Source: an uncultured Solirubrobacterales bacterium
GTDB taxonomy: Bacteria; Actinomycetota; Thermoleophilia; Solirubrobacterales; 70-9
Assembly: GCA_963703175.1 (NCBI GenBank)
Contig: OY969794.1
Coordinates: 1,974,069 to 2,038,068 of the forward strand
Direction of reading: 5' to 3'
DNA length: 64,000 nucleotides
Shown: piece by piece, positions 46,093-56,000 of the stretch
Position numbering within the stretch: position 1 is the first letter of the stretch
How the letters are laid out: every line of letters starts with the position of its first letter
The notes under the pieces: model-generated
Told to the model about the DNA's origin: nothing
Databases searched by the model: none
What the model saw: the letters and a program-made list of their open reading frames with translations, nothing else
Program-made: the position numbers and the translations under genes

Positions 46093-47397
46093 ATGCCCGA
46101 GCGCGGACAGGCAGGCGCGGTTACCGACCCGATCGCGGGATCGCCGGTTTATCCGGCGGGCAGTCGCGTGAACGAGCGCGGCCATCTTGAGGTCGCCGGC
46201 TGTGACGTAGTCGAGCTCGCCGCCGAGTTCGGCACCCCCGCCTACATCTACGCCGAGGATGAGATGCGGGCGCGGGCGCGGGCCTACCGCGAGGCTTTTG
46301 AGCAGCGCGGGGTCGACTTCGAGGTGCTTTTTGCCAGCAAGTCGTTCCCCTGCACCGCCGCTTACCGGCTCTTCGCCGAGGAGGGCCTCTCTGTCGACGT
46401 CGCCTCGGGTGGCGAGCTGCACATCGCGCTGCGCGCCGGCTTCGATCCGTCGCGCATTCACATGCACGGCAACAACAAGAGCGATGAGGAGATCCTGCTT
46501 GCGGCGCGGGCTGGCGTCGGTCACCTGATCCTCGACTCCTTCGATGAGATCGAGCGCTGCGAGCGGCTGTTCGAGGAACCCCAGGACGTGTTGGTACGGG
46601 TGACGCCGGGGATCAAGCCCTCGACCCACGATTACATCCAGACCGGCCAACTCGACTCCAAGTTTGGCTTCGGCCTCGAGGACGGGCTGGCGGCGCGGGC
46701 GATTGAGCGTGTGCTGGGCTCCGACGTGCTCAACCTGGTCGGACTGCACGCCCACATCGGCTCGCAGATCTTCGAGCTCGAGTCCTACGCGCTAGCGATC
46801 CGGGCGATCGGCGAGTTGGCTGGCGATTGGTGTCGCCTGGTTAACGTCGGCGGTGGGCTTGGGATCGCTTACACCGCCGAGGACGAGCCGCCCTCGATCG
46901 ACTCTTACGTCGATGTCAAGGTGCGCGGCGTGGCCGAGGTCTTTGGCGAGGGTGTACGGATCCTGGTCGAGCCCGGGCGCTCGCTGGTCGGCAACGCCGG
47001 GCTCACCGCCTACCGGGTCGGCACGGTCAAGGAGATTCCCGGTGTTCGCACTTATGTTGCCGTCGACGGTGGCATGTCGGACAACATGCGGCCGATGCTC
47101 TACGGGTCCCGCTATGAGGCGTTGATCGCCGATCGTGCTGGCGCAGCCGCCGACATCACCGCGACGATCGCGGGTATGCACTGCGAGTCTGGAGATGTAC
47201 TCGTCCGCGACGCAGCACTGGTCGCGCCCGCGGTTGGCGATGTCCTCGTCACCCCGGCAACCGGTGCCTACGGCCACGCGATGGCGAGCAACTACAACGG
47301 CGTCACCAGGCCGCCGGTGATCTTCTGCCGTGATGGTGAGGCGCGGGTCGTCGTGCGGCGCGAGTCCTACGAGGACCTGACTTCCCGCGATGTCTGA
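46093..47397 (+). CDS. lysA: Diaminopimelate decarboxylase
   Basis: PLP-fold motifs (FASKSF, GGGLGIAY, EPGRSLVG, CESGD) and conserved lysA-hom-thrC-thrB order. Confidence 0.92.
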   Translation: MPERGQAGAVTDPIAGSPVYPAGSRVNERGHLEVAGCDVVELAAEFGTPAYIYAEDEMRARARAYREAFEQRGVDFEVLFASKSFPCTAAYRLFAEEGLSVDVASGGELHIALRAGFDPSRIHMHGNNKSDEEILLAARAGVGHLILDSFDEIERCERLFEEPQDVLVRVTPGIKPSTHDYIQTGQLDSKFGFGLEDGLAARAIERVLGSDVLNLVGLHAHIGSQIFELESYALAIRAIGELAGDWCRLVNVGGGLGIAYTAEDEPPSIDSYVDVKVRGVAEVFGEGVRILVEPGRSLVGNAGLTAYRVGTVKEIPGVRTYVAVDGGMSDNMRPMLYGSRYEALIADRAGAAADITATIAGMHCESGDVLVRDAALVAPAVGDVLVTPATGAYGHAMASNYNGVTRPPVIFCRDGEARVVVRRESYEDLTSRDV

Positions 47398-48613
47398 GCC
47401 AGTCCGCATCGGGCTGCTTGGGCGCGGCACGGTCGGCGCTGCCTTCGCCGGGCTGCTTGGCGAGCGTGCCGACGCGGTCGAGGCGACGACCGGGCGACGA
47501 CCGGAGCTGGCGGGCACGCTCAGCCGTAGCGAGGGCGACTTCAGCGAGATCCTCGCGTGCTCCGACGTGATCGTGGAGCTTATTGGCGGGACCGACCCCG
47601 CCCGTGGCTACGTGATCGACGCGCTGCGCGCAGGCAAGCCGGTCGTCACCGCCAATAAGCAGCTGCTCGCCCAGCACGGTGACGAGCTCTTTGGCATTGC
47701 CCGTGAGGCGGGGGTTCAGCTCCGCTTCGAGGCCGCAGTTGCCGGCGTTATCCCGATCGTGCGCACGATCCAGGAGAGCTTCGGCGTGACCGAGGTCGAC
47801 AAGGTATTCGGGATCGTCAACGGCACTACTAACTTCATCCTCAGCGAGATGGCTGCCAGCGGTGCGGCCTATGGGGACGTGTTGGCGCGGGCACAGGAAC
47901 TCGGATACGCCGAGGCCGACCCCAGCGACGACGTCAACGGGGCCGATGCCGCGGCGAAGATGGCGATCCTCGCCCGGCTCGCCTTCCACACCGCGGTCAC
48001 CCTCGACCAGGTCGCTTACGAGGGGATTGAGGCGATCCAGCCAGATGACCTCGCTTACGCCAAGGAGCTCGACCTCTCGCTAAAGCTTCTCGGGGTCGCC
48101 GAGCGCCGCGATGGCGGCATCAGCGTTCGCGTCTTCCCCTGCTTCCTCTACAGCGGTCATCCGCTGGCCCCTATCGGAGGGCCGTTCAACGCGGTAATGG
48201 TCGAGGCGCCGACGATCACCGAGGTGACTATGTCGGGTCCGGGTGCTGGCGGCGTCGAGACCGCCTCGGCGGTGCTGGGCGATCTCGTCTCGATTCTCGC
48301 CGGTGACGCTCCGATCCACGAGGCGCGTGAGCAGCTGCCATTGGTCACCGATGTCCCTTCCTCCTTCTACCTTCACCTCGAGGTTGCCGACGAGCCCGGA
48401 GTTCTGGCGCGGATCGCCCAGGTTCTCGGCGAGAACGAGATCTCGGTAAAGAGCGTCGTCCAGCGCGGTATCGGTGAGGACGCGCGGTTGGTGATGGTCG
48501 TCCACGAGTGCCTGGAGTCGCGCTTCGCCGCAGCGGTCGAGGAGATCGGACGGCTCGACGACATCCGCGCTTCACCTCGTTTCATCAGGGTGATCGAGGA
48601 GGAGTTCGTTTGA
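47390..48613 (+). CDS. hom: Homoserine dehydrogenase
   Basis: GLLGRGTVG Rossmann motif, the NGTTNFIL...YAEADPS...DVNGADAA catalytic region, and a C-terminal ACT domain. Confidence 0.9.
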   Translation: MSEPVRIGLLGRGTVGAAFAGLLGERADAVEATTGRRPELAGTLSRSEGDFSEILACSDVIVELIGGTDPARGYVIDALRAGKPVVTANKQLLAQHGDELFGIAREAGVQLRFEAAVAGVIPIVRTIQESFGVTEVDKVFGIVNGTTNFILSEMAASGAAYGDVLARAQELGYAEADPSDDVNGADAAAKMAILARLAFHTAVTLDQVAYEGIEAIQPDDLAYAKELDLSLKLLGVAERRDGGISVRVFPCFLYSGHPLAPIGGPFNAVMVEAPTITEVTMSGPGAGGVETASAVLGDLVSILAGDAPIHEAREQLPLVTDVPSSFYLHLEVADEPGVLARIAQVLGENEISVKSVVQRGIGEDARLVMVVHECLESRFAAAVEEIGRLDDIRASPRFIRVIEEEFV

Positions 48614-49647
48614 GTCCCGTTCCCCTGATCGAGAGATACAGGGAGCATTTGCCGCTGGAGCCCGGAGATCCCATCGTGAGTCTCAACGAGGGTTCGACGC
48701 CGCTGATCGAGGCGCCGCGGCTCTCGGAGCGACTTGAAGTCCGGGCTTATCTCAAGTTCGAGGGGGCCAACCCGACTGGGTCGTTCAAGGACCGGGGGAT
48801 GACCGTGGCGGTCTCGCGCGCCAAGGGGCGTGGGGCGGAGGCCGTGATCTGTGCCTCCACTGGCAATACGGCGGCCAGTGCGGCGGCCTACGCGGCCCGG
48901 GCCGGCATGCGTGGCGCGGTGATCGTGCCCGAGGGCAAGATCGCGATCGGCAAGCTGGCCCAGGCGCTGATGCACGGCGCCCGCGTGGTCGCCCTGCAGG
49001 GGAACTTTGACGAGGCGCTGCAGATCGTCCGCGCGCTGGCCCACAAGCATCCGATCGAGCTGGTCAACTCGGTTAACCCCTTCCGCATCGAGGGGCAGAA
49101 GACTGCGGCGTTCGAGGTCGTCGAGGAGCTCGGCGAGGCTCCCGGAGCACTGGCGATCCCGGTCGGCAACGCCGGCAACGTGACCGCCTACTGGCGCGGC
49201 TTCGAAGAGCTCGGCGTGGCTCCGATCGTCTACGGCTTCCAGGCCGAGGGGGCGGCGCCGCTGGTCGCTGGTGCGCCGGTCGCAGACCCGGAGACGGTCG
49301 CCTCGGCGATCCGGATCGGCAACCCCGCCCGTTGGGAGGAGGCGATGGCTGCCTTCACCGGCTCGCGTGGTCGCGTCGCGGCCGTGTCCGACGAGCAGAT
49401 CCTCGACGCCTACCGCTGGCTCGCCGCCACCGAGGGAGTTTTCTGCGAGCCGGCCTCGGCCGCCTCGGTAGCCGGCTTGCTCGCTCACGGCCTACCGGTA
49501 GCCGAGGGCTCCGCGCCGCCCGAGTCCGTCGTCTGCGTCCTCACCGGCCACGGCCTCAAGGACCCCGACACGGCGCTCTCCAAAGCGCCTGCCGTGATCA
49601 ACTGCGAAAACGATCTCAGCGCCGTGGAGCGCGCGGTGTTCGATTGA
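48610..49647 (+). CDS. thrC: Threonine synthase
   Basis: PLP-lysine motif [11 protein letters not shown] and [11 protein letters not shown] 48610 overlaps the hom stop; the longer track ORF from 48508 overlaps hom and was rejected. Confidence 0.9.
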   Translation: MSPVPLIERYREHLPLEPGDPIVSLNEGSTPLIEAPRLSERLEVRAYLKFEGANPTGSFKDRGMTVAVSRAKGRGAEAVICASTGNTAASAAAYAARAGMRGAVIVPEGKIAIGKLAQALMHGARVVALQGNFDEALQIVRALAHKHPIELVNSVNPFRIEGQKTAAFEVVEELGEAPGALAIPVGNAGNVTAYWRGFEELGVAPIVYGFQAEGAAPLVAGAPVADPETVASAIRIGNPARWEEAMAAFTGSRGRVAAVSDEQILDAYRWLAATEGVFCEPASAASVAGLLAHGLPVAEGSAPPESVVCVLTGHGLKDPDTALSKAPAVINCENDLSAVERAVFD

Positions 49648-50528
49648 CCGCTCGCCACCGACTCGTCCGCGTGCCCGCCTCATCGGCCAACCTCGGGCCG
49701 GGCTACGACGTGATGGCGGTGGCGCTCGACCTCTTCCTCGAGCTGGAGGTCGAGGAGACGGGAGAGTTCTGCTTCGACCCTGGGGGACTCGACGTGCCAA
49801 CCGGGCGCGACAACCTCGTCGTGCATGCCTTCGAGACGCTGCACTCAGCCGATGGGATCGCCTTTCGGCTCAAGCAGACCATCCCGCTCGGCCGCGGTCT
49901 TGGGTCGAGCGCGGCGGCGATCGTCGCTGGCTTGGTGGCAGCCGACCATCTCTACGAGCTGGCCCTGTCGCAGGAGGAGATGCTTGCCCGGGCCAGCGAG
50001 CTCGAGGGCCATCCCGACAACGTCGCCGCCGCGATCTACGGCGGCTTCGTCATCTGCGACCCCGCCGCCGATGGACCGCCCGATGCTTCGTGCTTCCCGC
50101 CGCCTGACGGCCTCGAGGGCATCCTCGTCATCCCGCTTGAGGAGGAAGTTCCGACCGAGCTTGCCCGCCAGGCGATCCCGAGCGAGATTCCGCTCAGCGA
50201 CGCGCTCGGCAACGTCTACGCCGCCGCCCGGCTGACGCTCGGCCTCAACCAGGGCGACCTCAGCCTGATCGCCGCCAGCCTCACCGACAAGATCCACCAG
50301 GACCGCCGTCGCGATCTCTATCCCCGCTCGATGGAACTGGTCGACGGCGCCCGCGATCTCGGCGCTCTCGGTGCGACGATCTCCGGCGCTGGCCCCACCG
50401 TTCTCGTCTGGACCACCTGGCAGGACGCCGGCAAGGTCTGCGAAGAACTGGAGGGCTGCTGCCAGGGCTGGGCGGAGATCCACCGCATCCCCTTCACCCC
50501 GCAGGGCGCCGACGTCCCCGAGCTCTGA
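49644..50528 (+). CDS. thrB: Homoserine kinase
   Basis: [12 protein letters not shown] and GHMP motif [15 protein letters not shown] 49644 overlaps the thrC stop. Confidence 0.9.
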   Translation: MTARHRLVRVPASSANLGPGYDVMAVALDLFLELEVEETGEFCFDPGGLDVPTGRDNLVVHAFETLHSADGIAFRLKQTIPLGRGLGSSAAAIVAGLVAADHLYELALSQEEMLARASELEGHPDNVAAAIYGGFVICDPAADGPPDASCFPPPDGLEGILVIPLEEEVPTELARQAIPSEIPLSDALGNVYAAARLTLGLNQGDLSLIAASLTDKIHQDRRRDLYPRSMELVDGARDLGALGATISGAGPTVLVWTTWQDAGKVCEELEGCCQGWAEIHRIPFTPQGADVPEL

Positions 50529-50533
50529 TTCGA

Positions 50534-50908
50534 GTGGACTGGATGATCCAGATCGGCCTGATCGAGCTGGCGCTCGGCGGCCTGCTCGGTTGGGCGATGG
50601 TGATCCGCGAGGAGAAGCGCGAGTGGCTGAGCCGGATCGGCATCGTCGCCCCGCAGCGGATCCGCCAAGTGCACCTCGACTACGTGATGATGGGCCTGAT
50701 CCTGATCGGCGTCGGTCTGGCCGTCCCCGACCTGCCGACCGCGATCGGGGTCGCGCTCGTATTCGGCACCTTCGTCAACCCGTTCCTCTTCGTCCCGCTC
50801 GCTTTCGACCCGGAGATCGAGAAACGGATCTGGTATCGCTCGCTTGCGGTCGTCTCCTTCCTCGGCGTAAGCGGCGGCCTCGTGGCGGCAGCGGTCGTCG
50901 GGCCCTGA
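50534..50908 (+). CDS. Small four-helix membrane protein of unknown function
   Basis: Hydrophobic helices throughout and high GC3. No domain recognised. Confidence 0.5.
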   Translation: MDWMIQIGLIELALGGLLGWAMVIREEKREWLSRIGIVAPQRIRQVHLDYVMMGLILIGVGLAVPDLPTAIGVALVFGTFVNPFLFVPLAFDPEIEKRIWYRSLAVVSFLGVSGGLVAAAVVGP

Positions 50909-51031
50909 GAAGGGGGGCGTGACGACGAAAAGCCTCGCTTCATCGGCTATATTCGGGGCATTCGAGTCCGGGTTGTCATTGCGCTTGACGACCCAGATTT
51001 CGTCATCACAATCCATAAACGGAGGAACTGA
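50909..51031 (+). pseudogene. Remnant of a DUF4258-like toxin gene (C-terminal about 40 codons, no start codon)
   Basis: The frame reads ...KPRFIGYIRGIRVRVVIALDDPDFVITIHKRRN*, matching the DUF4258 C-terminal (R)VVxxxDxxxxVITV pattern. Its stop overlaps the DUF2283 ATG (TGATG). There is no ATG/GTG/TTG between the upstream in-frame stop (50906) and this stop. Confidence 0.35.
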
Positions 51032-51204
51032 TGCGCGCAGACTTCGACAGCGAGGCGAATGCTCTCTCGATAGACCTGATCGAGTTCGATCTTTACGAAC
51101 ATCAGGACTCTGTCCACGACAGCTACTGCCAGGTCGGGTTCGCAAAGGGGGTTCCGGCCAACGTGGAGCTGCTGAATCCGGCTGACCACCTCGATTCTAC
51201 TTGA
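51031..51204 (+). CDS. DUF2283-family (YuzE-like) antitoxin-type protein, probably frameshifted at its 3' end
   Basis: GGAGGA RBS 5 nt upstream. MRADFDSEANALSIDLIEF...CQVGFAKGVPANVELLNPADHLD fits DUF2283. It is under 60 aa, so it is absent from the ORF track. The family-like continuation LDVAADRYELDGPGLRAAAQA... runs in the +1 frame at 51203-51322. Confidence 0.55.
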   Translation: MRADFDSEANALSIDLIEFDLYEHQDSVHDSYCQVGFAKGVPANVELLNPADHLDST

Positions 51205-51348
51205 TGTAGCGGCCGACCGCTACGAGCTGGATGGTCCGGGGCTACGTGCTGCGGCCCAGGCAGCCCTCGCGGCTCCAGATCGGGTGGTCGAGCTCGAAGT
51301 GGCCGCACGGGTGGCTGCCTGACGAGCCACCTGGGGATTTCTCGTTGG

Positions 51349-51376
51349 TTGACGCCGCCGCGGTCGCAATTAACAT
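51349..51376 (+). promoter_or_regulatory. Candidate promoter TTGACG-16 nt-TAACAT giving a leaderless transcript for the 51383 gene
   Basis: The -10 hexamer ends 6 nt before GTG 51383, and there is no room for an SD sequence. Confidence 0.3.
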
Positions 51377-51382
51377 CGCGGT

Positions 51383-52444
51383 GTGCCGGTCAGACCTCGA
51401 TGGGTTCTCGCATTGGCGTTGTTGGTTGTGTTTGCCGCCGCCCCGGCGGTGGCCCAGGCGACGCTGGTCTTCTCCCGCAGCCCGTTTAACCCGAGCATCT
51501 GGTCGGCGGCGGACAACGGATCGGGGGCACGGCGGCTGGCAAGCGGATCCAACCCGCGTATCTCGCCGGACGGCCGGATAGTCGCCTTCCTCCATCAAGG
51601 CAAGGGGCGTGCCTCGCAGCCCGGTCTGATGCTGATGCCCGCGGACGGCAGCGCCCCGGTGAGCAGGCTGGCGGTCGGTTGGCGTGAAGTCTTCGACTTT
51701 GCCTGGTCGCCCGACTCGGCCTCGGTCGCCGCCGTGCTCGGCCCTGAACTCGGGCCCAAGCGCCTGGTCCTGATCGACGTGATCAGCGGCGCCCAGCAGA
51801 CGATTGCGCGCGGCTTCTTCTTCGGAGTCAGCTTCGCGCCCGAAAGCGGGCAAGGCGGACAGATCGTGTACGGCAGGGCGGCGAGCGAAAAGTTCCCCCC
51901 GCGCAGCGACGTCTACCGGTTTGACATTCCCGGCGGTACGCCGGTCCAGGCGCCGCATCCGGTGGCCACCACCCAGGACCATCGTTCGGCCTATCCCCTC
52001 TGGGGTCCGAACGGCAAGATCGTCTTCGTCAAGCTGCTCGGCGCCAAGCAGCGGCAATACGGGCCGAAGAACGAGCTCTACCTGATGAACCCGGCCGGGA
52101 AGCAGGTAAAGCGCCTGACCCACACCAAGGTCGATCCGCTCCTGCAAGGCCTGTATCCGACCCAGTGGTCGGCCAACGGCAAACGGCTGCTGACTCAGTT
52201 CGAGGGGCAGGACACGACTTACGCGGTCACGGTCAATCCCCGGACCGGCGCCCAGCGCCCGCTAGTCGAAGCGACCGAGCAGGGCGTCATCGGCACCGAC
52301 CTCTCCGCCGACGGTAAGCTCGTCCTCGGCGCCACCGGCGGCTTTGAACCGGGCCCCGGCCACAACGTGGTGACCATTCCGTATGGCGGTGGCAAGCCAA
52401 AAGTGCTGGCCAAGAACGCTTCCGAACCCGGCTGGAGCCGTTGA
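51383..52444 (+). CDS. Secreted TolB-like PD40 beta-propeller protein
   Basis: Signal peptide (WVLALALLVVFAAAPAVAQA) and PD40-type repeats (ISPDGRIVAF, WSPDSASVAA, WGPNGKIVF, WSANGKRLL). Confidence 0.7.
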   Translation: MPVRPRWVLALALLVVFAAAPAVAQATLVFSRSPFNPSIWSAADNGSGARRLASGSNPRISPDGRIVAFLHQGKGRASQPGLMLMPADGSAPVSRLAVGWREVFDFAWSPDSASVAAVLGPELGPKRLVLIDVISGAQQTIARGFFFGVSFAPESGQGGQIVYGRAASEKFPPRSDVYRFDIPGGTPVQAPHPVATTQDHRSAYPLWGPNGKIVFVKLLGAKQRQYGPKNELYLMNPAGKQVKRLTHTKVDPLLQGLYPTQWSANGKRLLTQFEGQDTTYAVTVNPRTGAQRPLVEATEQGVIGTDLSADGKLVLGATGGFEPGPGHNVVTIPYGGGKPKVLAKNASEPGWSR

Positions 52445-52464
52445 GCGGCGCAGGAAGGTTCGGG

Positions 52465-52836
52465 ATGGCGGGCTACACGATCAAACATCGCGATGAGTTC
52501 GAGGCGATGGAGGGTTCGGGGGACTCGACCTGGAAGCTGGCGCGCAAAGCACTCGACACTTCTGCCTTCGGCTTCAACCTGGTCGAGATTGCCCCGGGCG
52601 GGCAGATTCCCGAGCATGACGAGGCCCAGAGCGGCCAGGTCGAGCTCTACATCGTGCTCGAAGGCGAGGCGGTGATGCGCCTCGAGGGCGAGGACCACCC
52701 GGCGCCGGCCGGCACCTTCGTCTCGATCGAGCCGCCGGCCAGCCGCACGATCCTCAATCGCTCCGATGCGCCGGTCACCGCACTCCTGATCGGCGTCCAG
52801 CCCGGCGGCGGCTACGAGCCGATGGGCTGGGCCTAA
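52465..52836 (+). CDS. Cupin-domain protein
   Basis: Cupin motifs (GGQIPEHDEAQSGQVELYIVLEGEA ... PAGTFVSIEP). ATG 52465 is preferred over TTG 52441. Confidence 0.7.
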   Translation: MAGYTIKHRDEFEAMEGSGDSTWKLARKALDTSAFGFNLVEIAPGGQIPEHDEAQSGQVELYIVLEGEAVMRLEGEDHPAPAGTFVSIEPPASRTILNRSDAPVTALLIGVQPGGGYEPMGWA

Positions 52837-52933
52837 CCCCCGAGGTCGCATTTACCCGCGCATATGGCGGGAAAATGCAGACTCGACAGTCGATTGACGC
52901 GGATTCGGCCTAGGCGCGGCGGCTTTTCGTCCC

Positions 52934-52939
52934 TATAAT
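52934..52939 (+). promoter_or_regulatory. Perfect TATAAT hexamer upstream of gltB (candidate -10)
   Basis: This hexamer is rare in such a GC-rich context and lies 64 nt before the gltB ATG. No good -35 sits at 16-18 nt; the TTGACG at 52894 is 34 nt away. Confidence 0.25.
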
Positions 52940-53002
52940 CCGACAACTCGTCAACCCGTCGCGCGCCCGCTCGAAGAAGGCGCGGAAACCGGGAGGTCAA
53001 AG

Positions 53003-56000
53003 ATGTCGGATACCCAGTCCCGTGAGCTTCACGGCGAGAACGGCCCCGTCCGCTACTCGCCAGAGCGTGCCTATCGGCCCCTCGTCTCGCCCCCTAGCGT
53101 CGAGGACAAGGACGCCTGTGCGATCTATGCCTCGGTGCGCAAGGACGCGACGCCGAGCCACGAACCGATCGAACGCGCGATCCCGGCGCTGCAGAAGATG
53201 CTCCACCGCGCCGGCAACGTCGACGGTGAGGGTGACGGCTGCGGCCTCCTGGTCGACATTCCGCGCAAGATCTGGGCCGAGGAGGTCCGCACCGGCGGCC
53301 ACGATCCCTCGCTGACCCTCGACGACGCCTTCGCCGTCGCCCACGTCTTCATCGAACGCTCCCAGGACCTTGAGCGGGTTCAGCACGACGCTCGCGAACT
53401 GCTCGGCCAGGGCGGCTTCCGGGTCCTCGCCGAGCGCATCGGCGTGGTTAACTCGCCGGCACTTGGCCCGACGGCGCGCGAGGAGGAGCCGCACTTCTGG
53501 CAGGTCGGCGGCCTCGTCGCCGACGCCTCGAACCGCGATCGCGTCCTCTTCGACCTTCTGATCGAGCTCGAGCGCGAGCTCGGCGTCCACGTCCCCTCGA
53601 TCTCGGCGACGATCTGCGTCTACAAGGTGATGGGGGCGCCGAATATCCTCGGCGAGTACTACCCCGACCTGCGCGACGAGCGCTTCGAGACGATCGGCGC
53701 CTTCGGCCACAACCGCTACTCGACCAACACCTGGCCCTCGTTCAAGCGGGTCCAGCCGTTCTCGGTGCTCGGCCACAACGGCGAGATCAACACGGTCGAA
53801 CAGCTGCGCCAGGAGGCGCGCATGCTCGGCGTCCCGATCCAGCCCGGCTCCTCGGACTCGCAGGACCTCAACCAGACGATCGCCACCCTGGTCAACCGTG
53901 ACGGGCTCAGCCTCGCCGAGGCGATGGAGATGGTCCTGCCGCCGATCGTCAATGAGATCCGTGCCCTGCCCGAGGATCTGCACCGTTTCTACATGTATCT
54001 GCGCCAGGCGATGGGCCCGTTCTCGCAAGGTCCGGTGGCGCTGATCGCGCGTCATAGCGACGAGTGCGTCTTCTCCGCCGATGCGCTCGGCCTGCGGCCG
54101 CTCTGGCAGGTCGAGACCGTCGAGGACTTCGTCTTCAGCTCCGAGCCCGGCGTGGTCGCCCTCAACGAGATGGTCGCCGAGCCGAAGCCGCTCGCCCCGG
54201 GCGAGAAGGCGATGGTCTCGATCGACCGCGGGGCGCGCTGCTCGACCCTGCGTTCCCACGACGTGATGCTGCGCCTCGTCCGCGACCGCTGGCTTGCTCG
54301 TAATGGTGCCGACGAGGTCGCCCCCTACGACCGTGCTCTGGTGACCGGTGGCCCGCTTGAGGGAGCCGACGTGCCCGGTTACTCCGACGCTGGCCCCGAA
54401 GAGCCGGTCAAGGTCGCCGATCGCGTCCTCGCCGGCTTTGGCTGGCAGCGCGACGACGTCAAATTGGTCCAGCAGATGGCCTCTAACGGGGCCGAGCCGG
54501 TGGGGTCGCTCGGCTACGACGGGCCGCTGGCGGCGCTCTCGCCTGAGCGCCAGAACCTCGCCGACTACTTCAAGGAGACGGTTGCCGTGGTCACCAACCC
54601 GGCGATCGACCGCGAGCGCGAGATGGAGCACTTCTCGACCCGCGCGGTCTTCGGCCGCCGCCCCTCGATCAACGCGGCCAGCGAGGACACCGGCACCGTC
54701 GAGACCTCTTTCCCGGTGATCCTCGGTGGCCATCACGGCATGGCGCCGCTCTCCGACAAGACCTACCGTCAGATCGCCCGCGAGAACCAGACTTACCTGC
54801 TCGAGGATCTCTGGGAGGAGTTCCGCGGTCGCGCCGACGCGGTCGACATCTCGCTGCTCGAGTCGGAGACGACCCGCGGCGCGATCGACCGGATCAAGCA
54901 GGAAGCGGTGAAGAAGGTCCGCGACGGCGCCGAGCTCTTGGTGCTGACCGACCGCACCGTCTATGACGCCGAGCGGCGCTACCTCGATCCCCACCTCGCC
55001 ACCTCGGCGGTCGACCAGGCGCTGAAGCAGTTCCGGGTTGAGACCGGAAAGGAGAACTTGCGGCGGCGCTGCGGCATCGTCCTGCGCTCCGCCGCGGTGC
55101 GCAACGTCCACGACGTGATGCTGGCCGTCGGGCTCGGCGCCAACGGCGTCTGCCCCTACACGATGGTCGAGGTCATCTGCGTCGAGGACTACCGCAAGGA
55201 CATCGGCAATCTCTGCGCCGCTCTCGCCAAGGGCATGGAGAAAGTGATCTCGACGATCGGGATCCACGAGGTGCGCGGTTACGCGCGCCAGTTCTCCTCG
55301 ATCGGGATCAAGCCGGAGCTGGCCGAGATTTTCCAGACCGAGGCGTTCGCCGCCTCCGAGAAGGCGGGCATCGGGTTCGATGGCCTTGACGAGAGCAGCA
55401 ACGAGCGGGCGCGCATCCTCTGTAGCGACGAGAACGCCAAACCGGCCAAGACCTTCCGCTTCTACCCCAAGGTCTACAAGGCGGCGATCGCCACCGCCAA
55501 CGGCTCCGGTTCCTACGCCGAATATTCCGAGAAAGTGCGGGATCTGGAGGCGCAGAGCCCGATCTCGATGCGCCACATCATGGGCCTGAAGGGGGACCGC
55601 GACCCGGTCGATCCGACCACGGTCGATGCCGGCATCGGCCACCACGACTACCCCGTGGTGATCTCCTCGATGAGCTTCGGTTCGCAGTCCGAGCCCGCCT
55701 TTCGCGCCTACGCCGAGGCGGCGAAATCGATCAACGTCCTCTGCGTCAACGGCGAGGGTGGCGAGATCCGCGACATGTACGGCCACTACCGCAAGTGGCG
55801 CGGCCAGCAGGTCGCCTCGGGGCGTTTCGGCGTTTCGGCGGAGATGATCAACTCCTCCTATCTGGCTGAGATCAAGATCGGCCAGGGCGCCAAGCCCGGC
55901 GAGGGTGGTCACCTGCCCGGCAAGAAGGTCTCCGAGAAGGTCGCCGCCGCGCGTAACGCGGCGCCCGGCACCGATCTGATCTCGCCCTCCAACAACCACG

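Noticed and set aside
50534-51031. Stop-codon read-through fusing the membrane protein (50534-50908) to the downstream in-frame DUF4258-like segment.
   Set aside because: The two parts have unrelated character (a hydrophobic membrane protein versus a soluble toxin C-terminus). Composition changes at the junction, and a truncated toxin remnant is the simpler explanation.
52837-53002. A glutamine (glnA-type) riboswitch or leader peptide upstream of gltB.
   Set aside because: No glnA-RNA-like conserved core was recognised. The only ORF is a 16-codon ATG frame with no RBS and no Gln/Glu codon run.
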